A DNA stretch of 32,000 nt from Staphylothermus marinus F1 (GTDB lineage: Archaea > Thermoproteota > Thermoprotei_A > Sulfolobales > Desulfurococcaceae): NCBI RefSeq assembly GCF_000015945.1, contig NC_009033.1:180001-212000 (forward strand). The letters run 5' to 3'. Below are positions 10,401-17,780 of the stretch, piece by piece; position 1 is the first letter of the stretch; each line of letters opens with the position of its first letter. Position numbers and translations under genes: made by a program. Under the pieces are notes generated by a model that saw only the letters and a program-made list of their open reading frames with translations, was not told the origin of the DNA and made no database searches.

Positions 10401-10950
10401 CTTCAAGATAAGTGTTCCCATTTAAACTCATCATAGTAGTATATATATGGATTTGATTAGTTAAATTGTCATAATAAATTCCATTAAATCCTGATACAAC
10501 GAGGTTGCCTGTATCTATCATTTTATCGAGCACTTTCTCCACATTATCTAGATTATATAATACTATATGGATAACATCTGATCCATGCTCTAAAATTAAC
10601 AAGTACTTATTAAAAACATAATACGCAGGCTTACCATAGGGTGTGCTAACTGTAAATGAGAAATTCCCATATATAATAGAAGTATTTATCCCGTACGAAT
10701 AGAGCATTAGTAGCTGGTTATCATGTGTGAATAAAGCATAATTCTTAACGATTTGTTCAACCCCTGAACGAAAATGCTCGATCAGATAAGGATTCCCCAT
10801 GGAGTCCGAGAGGCTAGATAAATCTTTATTTAAACTTGTAGCATAGAAGCTATATATTGGAATACTTGATATTATGAGGAGAAACAATAAAAACAACACA
10901 TACAAAGTATTGTATTTTCCAAGCATTACATACACCTTACCTATTCTCAC
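7426..10950 (-). CDS. Large membrane-anchored extracellular glycoprotein with tandem Ig-like repeats (possible S-layer-associated or surface protein)
   Basis: The N-terminus has a signal/anchor segment (MLGKYNTLYVLFLLFLLIISSIPIY). The true start is probably ATG 10926 rather than GTG 10950. I counted roughly four dozen N-x-S/T sequons by eye. About seven ~85-95-aa repeats share the pattern [PK]PxIxI..P.N.[ST]..V.D..V.I.(N/D)G..L.(D/E)G.(H/Y).L.I.A.D..GN. A Ser/Thr/Asn-rich stalk is followed by a C-terminal TM helix ending in the RKKRR stop-transfer motif. Confidence 0.7.
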   Translation of the reverse strand: MRIGKVYVMLGKYNTLYVLFLLFLLIISSIPIYSFYATSLNKDLSSLSDSMGNPYLIEHFRSGVEQIVKNYALFTHDNQLLMLYSYGINTSIIYGNFSFTVSTPYGKPAYYVFNKYLLILEHGSDVIHIVLYNLDNVEKVLDKMIDTGNLVVSGFNGIYYDNLTNQIHIYTTMMSLNGNTYLEEIIIDPISKTIIQNQPALISKMIYCGNIFYGTRSNIYPSTILIDHNVTISISSNETTINVDGETRIFNGTPIITPPLIVVNTTFIIPLNSTNTLVLAIYDDTKNIFYTIPFPISINEFSLYGFYPLGNFLSIIYYAVANKSLLINYFNVINNATHRLFLNSTNPRITLFLTDHDNDTYPEPIIKWNEYYVLTYTKLNKSNIIYWDHLLQHIASKYDTVYLNNTVYFMFAYKNNTASSVIELLRFNENTTVDYSPPVIHVVTPRNESIVSNPIFINASFIDNESAVYITEVSILNQSNDIVFSTYTKHNQFFKEINLDEGTYTLEIKSWNTYGFSSYTNIVFRVLGSHVKVVNPINQSIVGAIYTLEILSDSTYKVEIYINNSILANYTLTQGTNYILINTTILPDGPYYLDLRVQDLNYTIRLFLVKDSNPPIIIIRGLTNNTVVNGILNLTIIVNDEHFKNLSVILDSKILFETDIAGEHGLLLNTIEYPNGEHYLIFKAVDLAGNLRVVMFRIIFNNTYEQPVLSINPEPLNNTFIEGIVRFNISGNRVFLVNVYIDDKLFLSIPSINGRINANIVIDTSQLLDGIHEVLINASCYYGENIVYKYVWFVDNHPPKLYMRIPVIGVGGSWRNNSVVPRFNPIRRDITYVTEYDGSYLIPLYVNISDAFLENATLYINNSIARIVIDNNARLGVFNEDGGYLFKLMVPGEGYYILKLKGIDSAGHSSNYIIGFYLDLHKPIVNILSPINDTYTNNRSILFRFQVFDNISKRIFAGVNIQKDKYKPPSLDDYMPITYLGFTVGKVINQSIEFRSDGTYYVSFIFIDEGMNYRIVLLKLVIDRKPPAINITINKLDNEYFAEINVSDKYSPIKYAEIIVDGSVLKNVSSTNKSLITKIKLEPGIHNLTIISMDKSGNKAVVSKIVEITGTNTSESTTSIPNQSITMNTTSKTISNNNSINNWIPTPPIYLYISIIVAIATLLILVIWFRKKRR

Positions 10951-10952
10951 TA

Positions 10953-10960
10953 CTTATATA
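10953..10960 (-). promoter_or_regulatory. TATA-box-like element (minus strand TATATAAG) upstream of the surface-protein gene
   Basis: It is centred ~30 nt upstream of ATG 10926 and directly abuts GTG 10950. This favours the ATG as the real start with a very short leader. Confidence 0.3.
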
Positions 10961-11051
10961 GAGGATAAGGAGATAATAAACTAAATAAATATATGCAAAA
11001 CATTAATTGGGGTGATGCATCTTTTCAACACGGAAATACGACGTAGCAATT

Positions 11052-11753
11052 ATGGGAGCTGGATACACTGGACTCTACATTGCTTCAAAACTTCTAGAAA
11101 ACAATCATAAAGTTTTAGTTATCGAGTCAGAGCCAGGTTTGACTCATGAGAAATATTATTCGGGAATTAACGGAAATAAGGTGAGGATTTCGAAGCGTTT
11201 CTGGCATTATGTTGATGATCTTGGCCTGAATATAATAGATGAGGATGAATATGGTTTCTGGGTTAGACCATTAGATGTAATCGTATTATTGGCTTCTAAA
11301 GTTATTAGCCTTGGCGGAGAAATAATTGTTGATTCTATTATTGAACCCACATATAAAATTATGGATGATAGAATCATAATTATAGGTGCAAGTGTTAGAT
11401 CGGTTGAGGACGAGGGTGGGCTAGATAAATTTTATATTTTAACTCGAGGAATAATAGATACTTCTCCATCAGCAATCATAGTGAATAACCTTATTGATAG
11501 ATTAAAACTAGGAATACCTATTCAGGGTGCAGGACCACAGATACCGGGCTCAGATGATGTTATAGGTAAAACCACATGGATTTTTCCGGGAATATTAGTA
11601 GCGGGGCTTGCAGCAATATATACTAATGCAGGATACATACCATTTCCAGATATTGGCCCATTATTTGGAAGCGGCTATAGAGCTGTAGAATTATTTGTTA
11701 AGGGTTATCCTAAAAACCCAGAGGATTTCTATAGTTTCCCAAGCATTATATGA
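11052..11753 (+). CDS. FAD/NAD(P)-binding Rossmann-fold protein, distantly Thi4-like (tentative); start codon uncertain
   Basis: It has the dinucleotide-binding motif MGAGYTGLYIASKLLENNHKVLVIES. The C-terminal PGILVAGLAAIYTNAGYIPFPDIGPLFGSGYRAVE resembles the Thi4-family tail (PGL.VAGM..........GP.FG.M..SG). The beta-1 strand (KYDVAI) is encoded upstream of the only in-frame ATG (see findings). Confidence 0.4.
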   Translation: MGAGYTGLYIASKLLENNHKVLVIESEPGLTHEKYYSGINGNKVRISKRFWHYVDDLGLNIIDEDEYGFWVRPLDVIVLLASKVISLGGEIIVDSIIEPTYKIMDDRIIIIGASVRSVEDEGGLDKFYILTRGIIDTSPSAIIVNNLIDRLKLGIPIQGAGPQIPGSDDVIGKTTWIFPGILVAGLAAIYTNAGYIPFPDIGPLFGSGYRAVELFVKGYPKNPEDFYSFPSII

Positions 11754-12777
11754 TATTGATAAGTATTAGGGATAGTATACCTATTAGGAATTGCATAATA
11801 TTCAATGTTATGACTACTCCTTTCTCAGTAGCTTTTCCCCTAATAAGTAATTGGATCTTGATCGCTAAATGGGTCACGCTATAGATTTTATTATATGGTG
11901 GTTCAAGTGTTCCATCATTCCTTACTTTCGCATAATTCTCTTTATATACCCCGTTTATTAATCCCCTTATGAAAAGAATTAGCTCTATAAAGTATAGAGT
12001 GAAAAGCATTAATCCATATTTTTCAAAGTTTCCGAGAATAACTAGGCTTGCATAATATGCTCCTAAACCATATGTAAAAGAATTGCCTGGAAACACTTTG
12101 GCCGGATACCAGTTATATGTAAGGAACGCAATTATTGCTACTAACATTATTAGTGACGCTTCAAAGCTTGGATGAACATTGTTAGTATATGTATATATGA
12201 ATGTGAAAAACATTAATTGCAAACCCATTGATGCTTCTAATCCATTGTATCCGGCAATCATGTTGAAAGCGTTTGCTGCGCCTAAAACGCCTATAGGTAC
12301 TAATATCAAGGGATAAGCTAATCCAAAATCTACTACTCCAATAAATGGTATATTCATAGTTGAATAACCAGCTTTGATCACCATCATGGGAATAGCTAGT
12401 GGAGCCATTAATACTATTCTATATATTGCCCTTAACCCCTTCTTCCACCCAAAAATATCATCTAAAAACCCTAGAAAACTTGCAAGAAATAATAGAAGGG
12501 ATAAAGCCATTAATTCAACAATGTATTTATGTAATCCACCAACATAGATCTCTAGGGCTATAAAGAATAAGATCCCAAAAGCTACACTTATTGAAACCCA
12601 TACACCACCTGCTTCAGCTACTTGTATCATGTATGGTTTATTCATATCTCTGCCTGTGAAACCTATTTCTCGAGCCCGTTTAATCCATAATGGTAAAACA
12701 GTATATGTGATCAGAAAGGATATGATTGCTGATAGTAAAGCATAGAATAAAGTGTATTCTGTAAAACATACACTCAT
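11746..12777 (-). CDS. aglH: Dolichyl-phosphate N-acetylhexosamine-1-phosphate transferase (GT4, MraY/WecA/AglH family), first step of N-glycan assembly
   Basis: This is a polytopic membrane protein with GFLDDIFGWKK (DDxxK Mg site) and NAFNMIAGYNGLE (NxxNxxDGxDGL-type motif in its archaeal form). Its ATG overlaps the xpf stop (ATGA at 12774-12777). Confidence 0.75.
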   Translation of the reverse strand: MSVCFTEYTLFYALLSAIISFLITYTVLPLWIKRAREIGFTGRDMNKPYMIQVAEAGGVWVSISVAFGILFFIALEIYVGGLHKYIVELMALSLLLFLASFLGFLDDIFGWKKGLRAIYRIVLMAPLAIPMMVIKAGYSTMNIPFIGVVDFGLAYPLILVPIGVLGAANAFNMIAGYNGLEASMGLQLMFFTFIYTYTNNVHPSFEASLIMLVAIIAFLTYNWYPAKVFPGNSFTYGLGAYYASLVILGNFEKYGLMLFTLYFIELILFIRGLINGVYKENYAKVRNDGTLEPPYNKIYSVTHLAIKIQLLIRGKATEKGVVITLNIMQFLIGILSLILINII

Positions 12778-13481
12778 CGCTGATCATCGCTCCACTCAGT
12801 ATTAAATATTAGATATATCTCATTAGCTCTCTTCACACCTATCCCCTCAACAACCATGAGCTCCTTAATGCTTGCATTAGCTATATTGCGGAGAGTCTTG
12901 AATTCTCGCAGTAGTTTACGTGCAAGCGTGGGTCCAACAATGCTTTCAGCAACATATAGTATTCTATCTTTCAAACTCATAGGTTTCTTCTCGACACGCA
13001 TCCTATAGATTTTCTTCTCTTCAGTTTTACCTAGACTCTTAGCTTTTGCGATGAGCCATGCAATAGTTGCTTGTTTATTAGGAGTGTTGAGAACAGGGAT
13101 TTCGAAATCCAACATTAAAGTATCTATAACACGTAGCACACTCTGTATCTTCCACCCCCTATATTTCTCTAATACTCCAAGCCATCCTTCAACAATAATA
13201 AATGGTTGATAACCTTCCTTCTCAGCAGCCTCCGCTAAAAGTTTTGCTTGCTCCCATATCCTGTTATCCCTAATACTATTACCAAGATCAATGACTGTTT
13301 TTCTCTCAACCAGAACAGGTTTTTTACCTGGAGCCGCTAATAATAGGAAATCACCAGCAGGTAATGGTTGAACAGCGGTTTTCAAACCATTACTTTGAAA
13401 CTCTTTTCTAAACTCGGGATGCTTCGAGTTTTCGCGGGAATCAATGATTATGTCTACAGGCGATAACAAAATATGTGACAC
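12774..13481 (-). CDS. xpf: Short crenarchaeal-type XPF/ERCC4 structure-specific endonuclease
   Basis: The ERCC4 nuclease motifs are GDFLL .. VERKTVIDL (GDxn-ERK). A C-terminal tandem HhH (LRNIANASIKELMVVEGIGVKRANEI) is present. There is no helicase domain, matching the short archaeal form. The start is GTG. Confidence 0.8.
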   Translation of the reverse strand: MSHILLSPVDIIIDSRENSKHPEFRKEFQSNGLKTAVQPLPAGDFLLLAAPGKKPVLVERKTVIDLGNSIRDNRIWEQAKLLAEAAEKEGYQPFIIVEGWLGVLEKYRGWKIQSVLRVIDTLMLDFEIPVLNTPNKQATIAWLIAKAKSLGKTEEKKIYRMRVEKKPMSLKDRILYVAESIVGPTLARKLLREFKTLRNIANASIKELMVVEGIGVKRANEIYLIFNTEWSDDQR

Positions 13482-13618
13482 TTTGTAAACACCATTCCAT
13501 TACTATGTGTATGCTTGTTTTTGTAATGAGTTATTCATATAATGAATTTAATAAATAACTATTAATTGTATTTCTACAGGGTATTTTCCTTAAACCTAAT
13601 ATAGAGGATAATATATGG

Positions 13619-14962
13619 TTAGATAAGGTTATAGTAGAGGAATTCTGCGGGAGAAGGTATTCCTGCTAATTCTCTGATCTCATTTCTTTTCAGCTCAATA
13701 TATGTTTGAATAACTTCTTCGCTGAAAGCTGGTTTTAAATATTCATGATCTGATTCGAGCTCGTCTAATGCTTCATCTAGGTTTCTAGGTAGTTCTCTTA
13801 TTCCTAGACTTCTTCTTTTTTCGATAGGCATTTTATATACATTCTCTTCTATGGGATCGCCTGGATCAATCTTTTTCTTTATTCCATCTAATCCGGCAAG
13901 TATTATGGCTGATGATGCAAGGTATGGATTAGCTGTTGGGTCAGGGGGTCTATACTCTATACGGGTCATATTACCGTTATCTATGTTTGCTAATGGTATT
14001 CTTACTGCAGCACTACGATTAGCATAGCCCCATACAAGATATACTGGTGCTTCATAGCCTGGTATTAATCTTCTATAACTATTCGTTGTAGGGGAAACTA
14101 TTGCTGATAAGCTTCGTCCATGCTCTAGTAGTCCCCCTATAAAGTATCTTGCAAATTGGCTTAAACCATACTTCTCATCTGGGTCGTGGAATAAGTTTTT
14201 ATCCCCGCTCCACAAGCTTACATGTATATGCATACCGTTCCCATTATCACCCATAATCGGCTTAGGCATAAAGACTGCTTCAAACCCGTTTATTCTCGCA
14301 ATTTTTCTAGCAATCATTTTAAAGTATTGTATAAAATCACCTAAGGAAACAACATTTTCTTTATTACTGGTAATCTCTACTTGACCACTACTAGCCACTT
14401 CGTGGTGATGCTTAACAGTATTTAATCCTGCCTCGTGAAGAGCGGATATTATAGATCTTCTAATATGCGCAACTCTATCAATTGACTCAACTATGTGGTA
14501 TCCCTTTTTCAAGGGTATACTTGCATTATCAGTCCATGGAGACTCTGCTGAATATATCTCTAATATTTGCCTACCAGGTTCAACAATGTATTTTAGTTTC
14601 TCGAAAAGGAAAAACTCCATTTCAACACCCATCACTGACCTATATCCTTCGCTTTGAATTATTTCCTCAGCTTTCTCAGCAATATACCTTGGATCCCTAT
14701 CGAGCCTCTTCCACTCTGGAAGATATACTTGGGAAATATATCCATATACATTTTTATCCCAGGGAAGCACTATCTCTGTCTCTTTAACTGGCTTCAAGAT
14801 TACATCGCTAAAAGATATATCGAGAAAACCATATACACTGCTACCATCAAATAAAGTTGTAACACTTGACGGATCTTTTTCATCGCTGAGCAAGAGAGAT
14901 GTGTTGCGGAAAACACCGATTAAATCGGTAAAATATAGGTTAACGAATTTTATACGGGTCAT
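13619..14962 (-). CDS. glnA: Glutamine synthetase, type I
   Basis: Motifs seen are FDGSS, MPKPIMGDNGNGMHIHVSLW, NSYRRL..YEAP, and the RIE..RPPDPTANPY region. The 447-aa size is typical. Confidence 0.9.
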   Translation of the reverse strand: MTRIKFVNLYFTDLIGVFRNTSLLLSDEKDPSSVTTLFDGSSVYGFLDISFSDVILKPVKETEIVLPWDKNVYGYISQVYLPEWKRLDRDPRYIAEKAEEIIQSEGYRSVMGVEMEFFLFEKLKYIVEPGRQILEIYSAESPWTDNASIPLKKGYHIVESIDRVAHIRRSIISALHEAGLNTVKHHHEVASSGQVEITSNKENVVSLGDFIQYFKMIARKIARINGFEAVFMPKPIMGDNGNGMHIHVSLWSGDKNLFHDPDEKYGLSQFARYFIGGLLEHGRSLSAIVSPTTNSYRRLIPGYEAPVYLVWGYANRSAAVRIPLANIDNGNMTRIEYRPPDPTANPYLASSAIILAGLDGIKKKIDPGDPIEENVYKMPIEKRRSLGIRELPRNLDEALDELESDHEYLKPAFSEEVIQTYIELKRNEIRELAGIPSPAEFLYYNLI

Positions 14963-15075
14963 CTTGTATCATCCTCCACAAATTATACAAGAATCAATTT
15001 TTAATTCCGAACAAAATATTAAGAATTATAGTGAAATATACAGATATTATACGGATAATTAGGAGGGATGATATA

Positions 15076-15540
15076 TTGACTAGGAGTTCAACCATACTTG
15101 ACGATATCGATCTTAAAATATTAGATCAACTAAGAAAATATTCTAGGACGAGTTTTAGAGAAATCGCTTCAAAACTAAACAAGCCTGTCTCAACAATATA
15201 TGATAGAATTAAACGATTAGAGAAACATGGAATTATCCGTGGCTTTTCGATCGATATAGACTATAGAAAACTAGGATACCAGATAAAAGCTCTAATACTA
15301 GTAAATGCAGAGGGTAAAGATCTAATCAAGGTTGAACAAGATATAGCATCTAATCCCAATGTTCAAGCAGTATATGATATTACAGGCGAATACGATATAG
15401 CATTAATAGCTAGTTTCAAAACAATTGAGGAACTAGATGCTTTCGTAAAAAAGCTACTAAGCAAGCCAGGCATTAAACACACAAGGACAAGCATTGTGTT
15501 CAGAACAGTTAAGGAAACCCAACACTTACCCCTCAAATAA
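15076..15540 (+). CDS. Lrp/AsnC-family transcriptional regulator
   Basis: The N-terminal HTH is LDDIDLKILDQLRKYSRTSFREIASKLNKPVSTIYDRIKRLEKHGII. It is followed by a RAM/ACT-like ligand domain (ALILVNA..VYDITGEYDIALIA). The preferred start is TTG 15076, 9 nt after AGGAGG (15061-15066). The track start at 15031 is in the same frame. Confidence 0.8.
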   Translation: MTRSSTILDDIDLKILDQLRKYSRTSFREIASKLNKPVSTIYDRIKRLEKHGIIRGFSIDIDYRKLGYQIKALILVNAEGKDLIKVEQDIASNPNVQAVYDITGEYDIALIASFKTIEELDAFVKKLLSKPGIKHTRTSIVFRTVKETQHLPLK

Positions 15541-15555
15541 AAAGGTGTATATGTA

Positions 15556-16866
15556 TTGGCAGTTAAGGTAAAATGTTTGAAATGTGGGTTTGAAAGTAAT
15601 AATTATAGAGGCTATAAATGCCCTAACTGCGGCTCACTCCTAGAAGTAATCCATGATTTTGAATGGATTATAGAATGGGAAAATAATGGTATATGGATAT
15701 TTTCAAAAATGCTTCCACAAACTAATCACAGAATATCACTGGGTGAGGGATGGACCCCATTAATTAGATCAGATAATCTCTTCAGAAATGAAAACATATA
15801 TTTCAAAGATGAAAGTAGGAATCCAACTGGTAGTTTTAGAGATAGAGCAGCTGCATTAATAGTGAGCGATGCATTAGATCAGGGTGCTAAGAGGTTAGTT
15901 GTTGCAAGCGATGGAAACATGGGTGCGAGCATTGCTGCTTATTCAGCTAAAGCAGGATTACCTGTTACGATATATGTTCCTGTATGGACTGATCCAGAAA
16001 AAATATTATTAATGAAAGCTTATGGTGCAAAAGTAATTGTTAGTGAAGAGGATCTAGACACTCTACTACAATATGTTGAGAGAAGAGCTAGGAAGGAAAA
16101 ACTCTACAATGCATCAAGCACTTATAACATATTAGCTATGGAGGGGTTGAAAACTATTGGTTACGAAATATATCTACAGTACGGAGGGGTTCCTAGTACA
16201 GTATATGTTCCACTAGGTAGTGGATTAACAATTCTAAGCCTCTATCATGGGTTCTCAGAAATGCATTCAAACAATATTATTGATCATATACCTAAACTTA
16301 TAGGTGTTGAAACATGTGCTAATCCTGTATACTCCTCTATACACGGCAACCCTACTAAGTGTAACGAAGAACCAATGCCCGGCTTATATTATAGAAAGCC
16401 TGTGTTGAAAGAATATGTTTCGGAGATCATAGATAAACATGGAGAAACAATTGTTGTGAACAATAAGCAAGTATATATGGCAGCTAAGAAACTCGCAATG
16501 GAAGAGGGATTATTTGTAGAGCCTTCCTCCGCGGTTGCATTAGCTGGAGCACTCAAAATCGGGGGAACTGAGAACTCAATAATATTACTGACTGGACACG
16601 GACTAAAGAGTCCAACCCCCTATACTAGACCTAGTAGAGAAAGATACACTCCATTTCCAGGCTCTACCAAGTCGCTAATATTGAAAATTATATCTGAAAA
16701 ACCAGGTTTGACTGGATATGAAATATGGAAAAGACTTGGGTTAAGAATATCTGTTCAAGCTGTTTATCAGCATCTGAAGGAATTAGAAAAAATTGGACTT
16801 ATATATTCTAAGTTCTCGGAAAACAGAAAACTATATTTTCCAGTATATAAGAAGTCAAGTAGTTGA
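15556..16866 (+). CDS. Threonine-synthase-fold (fold-type II PLP) protein lacking the catalytic lysine, fused to a C-terminal winged-helix domain
   Basis: It has an N-terminal zinc ribbon (CLKCGFE..CPNCGS). ThrC-like motifs are FKDESRNPTGSF-R-DRAA (Arg where the PLP lysine is expected), ASDGNMGASIAAYSAKAGL, VPLGSGLT and EPSSAVALAG. The C-terminal ~65 aa (LTGYEIWKRLGLRISVQAVYQHLKELEKIGLI) look like a PadR/ArsR wHTH. Confidence 0.7.
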   Translation: MAVKVKCLKCGFESNNYRGYKCPNCGSLLEVIHDFEWIIEWENNGIWIFSKMLPQTNHRISLGEGWTPLIRSDNLFRNENIYFKDESRNPTGSFRDRAAALIVSDALDQGAKRLVVASDGNMGASIAAYSAKAGLPVTIYVPVWTDPEKILLMKAYGAKVIVSEEDLDTLLQYVERRARKEKLYNASSTYNILAMEGLKTIGYEIYLQYGGVPSTVYVPLGSGLTILSLYHGFSEMHSNNIIDHIPKLIGVETCANPVYSSIHGNPTKCNEEPMPGLYYRKPVLKEYVSEIIDKHGETIVVNNKQVYMAAKKLAMEEGLFVEPSSAVALAGALKIGGTENSIILLTGHGLKSPTPYTRPSRERYTPFPGSTKSLILKIISEKPGLTGYEIWKRLGLRISVQAVYQHLKELEKIGLIYSKFSENRKLYFPVYKKSSS

Positions 16867-17018
16867 TTAAACAATTTTTTGAGTTTTCAATGTTTTCCAT
16901 TACACGATCACTTATTGGAACCTCTTATTGAATTAAAATGTAATCTTAAAGTTCTTCTTAAAGTATAAACTTTATATTAGATTCCAATAGTATCTGATTA
17001 TAGAAAAAATAGGGGGAC

Positions 17019-17780
17019 ATGAAATTGAGCACCAAGGATAGAGTAGATGTTGTTACAATAGTTACTTATATTGTAGCGGTATATGTTGCAACTATAGCTA
17101 TTCAAATATATCAGCCATACACTGGAGGATACTTTAACTTAGGGGAAGCCGTTATTTATATAGCAGCAATACTTCATGGCCCCATTGTTGCTGCTGTAGC
17201 TGGTGGAATAGGTGCTTCACTAGCTGATCTATCTACAGGTTATGGAATATTTGCTCCTGCCACAGCTGTGATAAAGTTTATAGAGGGTTATCTAGCTGGC
17301 TGGCTCATATGGAGGTTCCGCGATAAAGCAAGGAATATAAAAGCTATTGTAGGAGCACTTATCGGTGTATTATATACATTTCTACTGATCTTATTCGCAA
17401 TATATTATTGGAGCGGCCCAACATATATTGGGCCCAGCCAGATCTTATCTCTAACAATTACTTCAGCATACTTAGATATACCAGTATATGTATGGATCAT
17501 AATTGTTCTAGTAATAGGTGCATTGCTCTCATATGTTCTAGTGAAGAAACTAGTAACAGCTTGGGAACCATTAGCACTTATCTTAGCAGGACTAGAAATG
17601 GTTATAGGGTATTTCCTATATGAATACTTCGTAAGTAATCCATTAACTGGTAGGCAACCTATAGCCGCATTAGCGGAAATCCCTGTTAATATAGGGCAGG
17701 CAGTAATTGGTGCATCTATAGCAGTCCCGCTTGCAACATGGTTGGTGAGAGCTGGATATGGCGGTAGAAAAAGTGATTGA
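17019..17780 (+). CDS. ECF-type transporter substrate-capture (S) component, unusually long (253 aa)
   Basis: This is a multi-TM protein with S-component-like signatures: GYFNLGEAVIYIAAILHGPIVAAVAGGIGASLADL, FAPATAVIKFIEGYLAG and AEIPVNIGQAVIGASIAV. It overlaps the downstream ATPase gene by 23 nt. Confidence 0.55.
   Translation: MKLSTKDRVDVVTIVTYIVAVYVATIAIQIYQPYTGGYFNLGEAVIYIAAILHGPIVAAVAGGIGASLADLSTGYGIFAPATAVIKFIEGYLAGWLIWRFRDKARNIKAIVGALIGVLYTFLLILFAIYYWSGPTYIGPSQILSLTITSAYLDIPVYVWIIIVLVIGALLSYVLVKKLVTAWEPLALILAGLEMVIGYFLYEYFVSNPLTGRQPIAALAEIPVNIGQAVIGASIAVPLATWLVRAGYGGRKSD

Noticed and set aside
10955-13612. Shared 12-mer TATAGAGGATAA (plus strand) at ~10957-10968 and ~13601-13612, upstream of the surface-protein gene and of xpf
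   Set aside because: There are only two copies. Each overlaps a TATA-like element, and their distances to the respective start codons differ greatly (~10 nt versus ~120 nt). The most likely explanation is promoter-composition coincidence.
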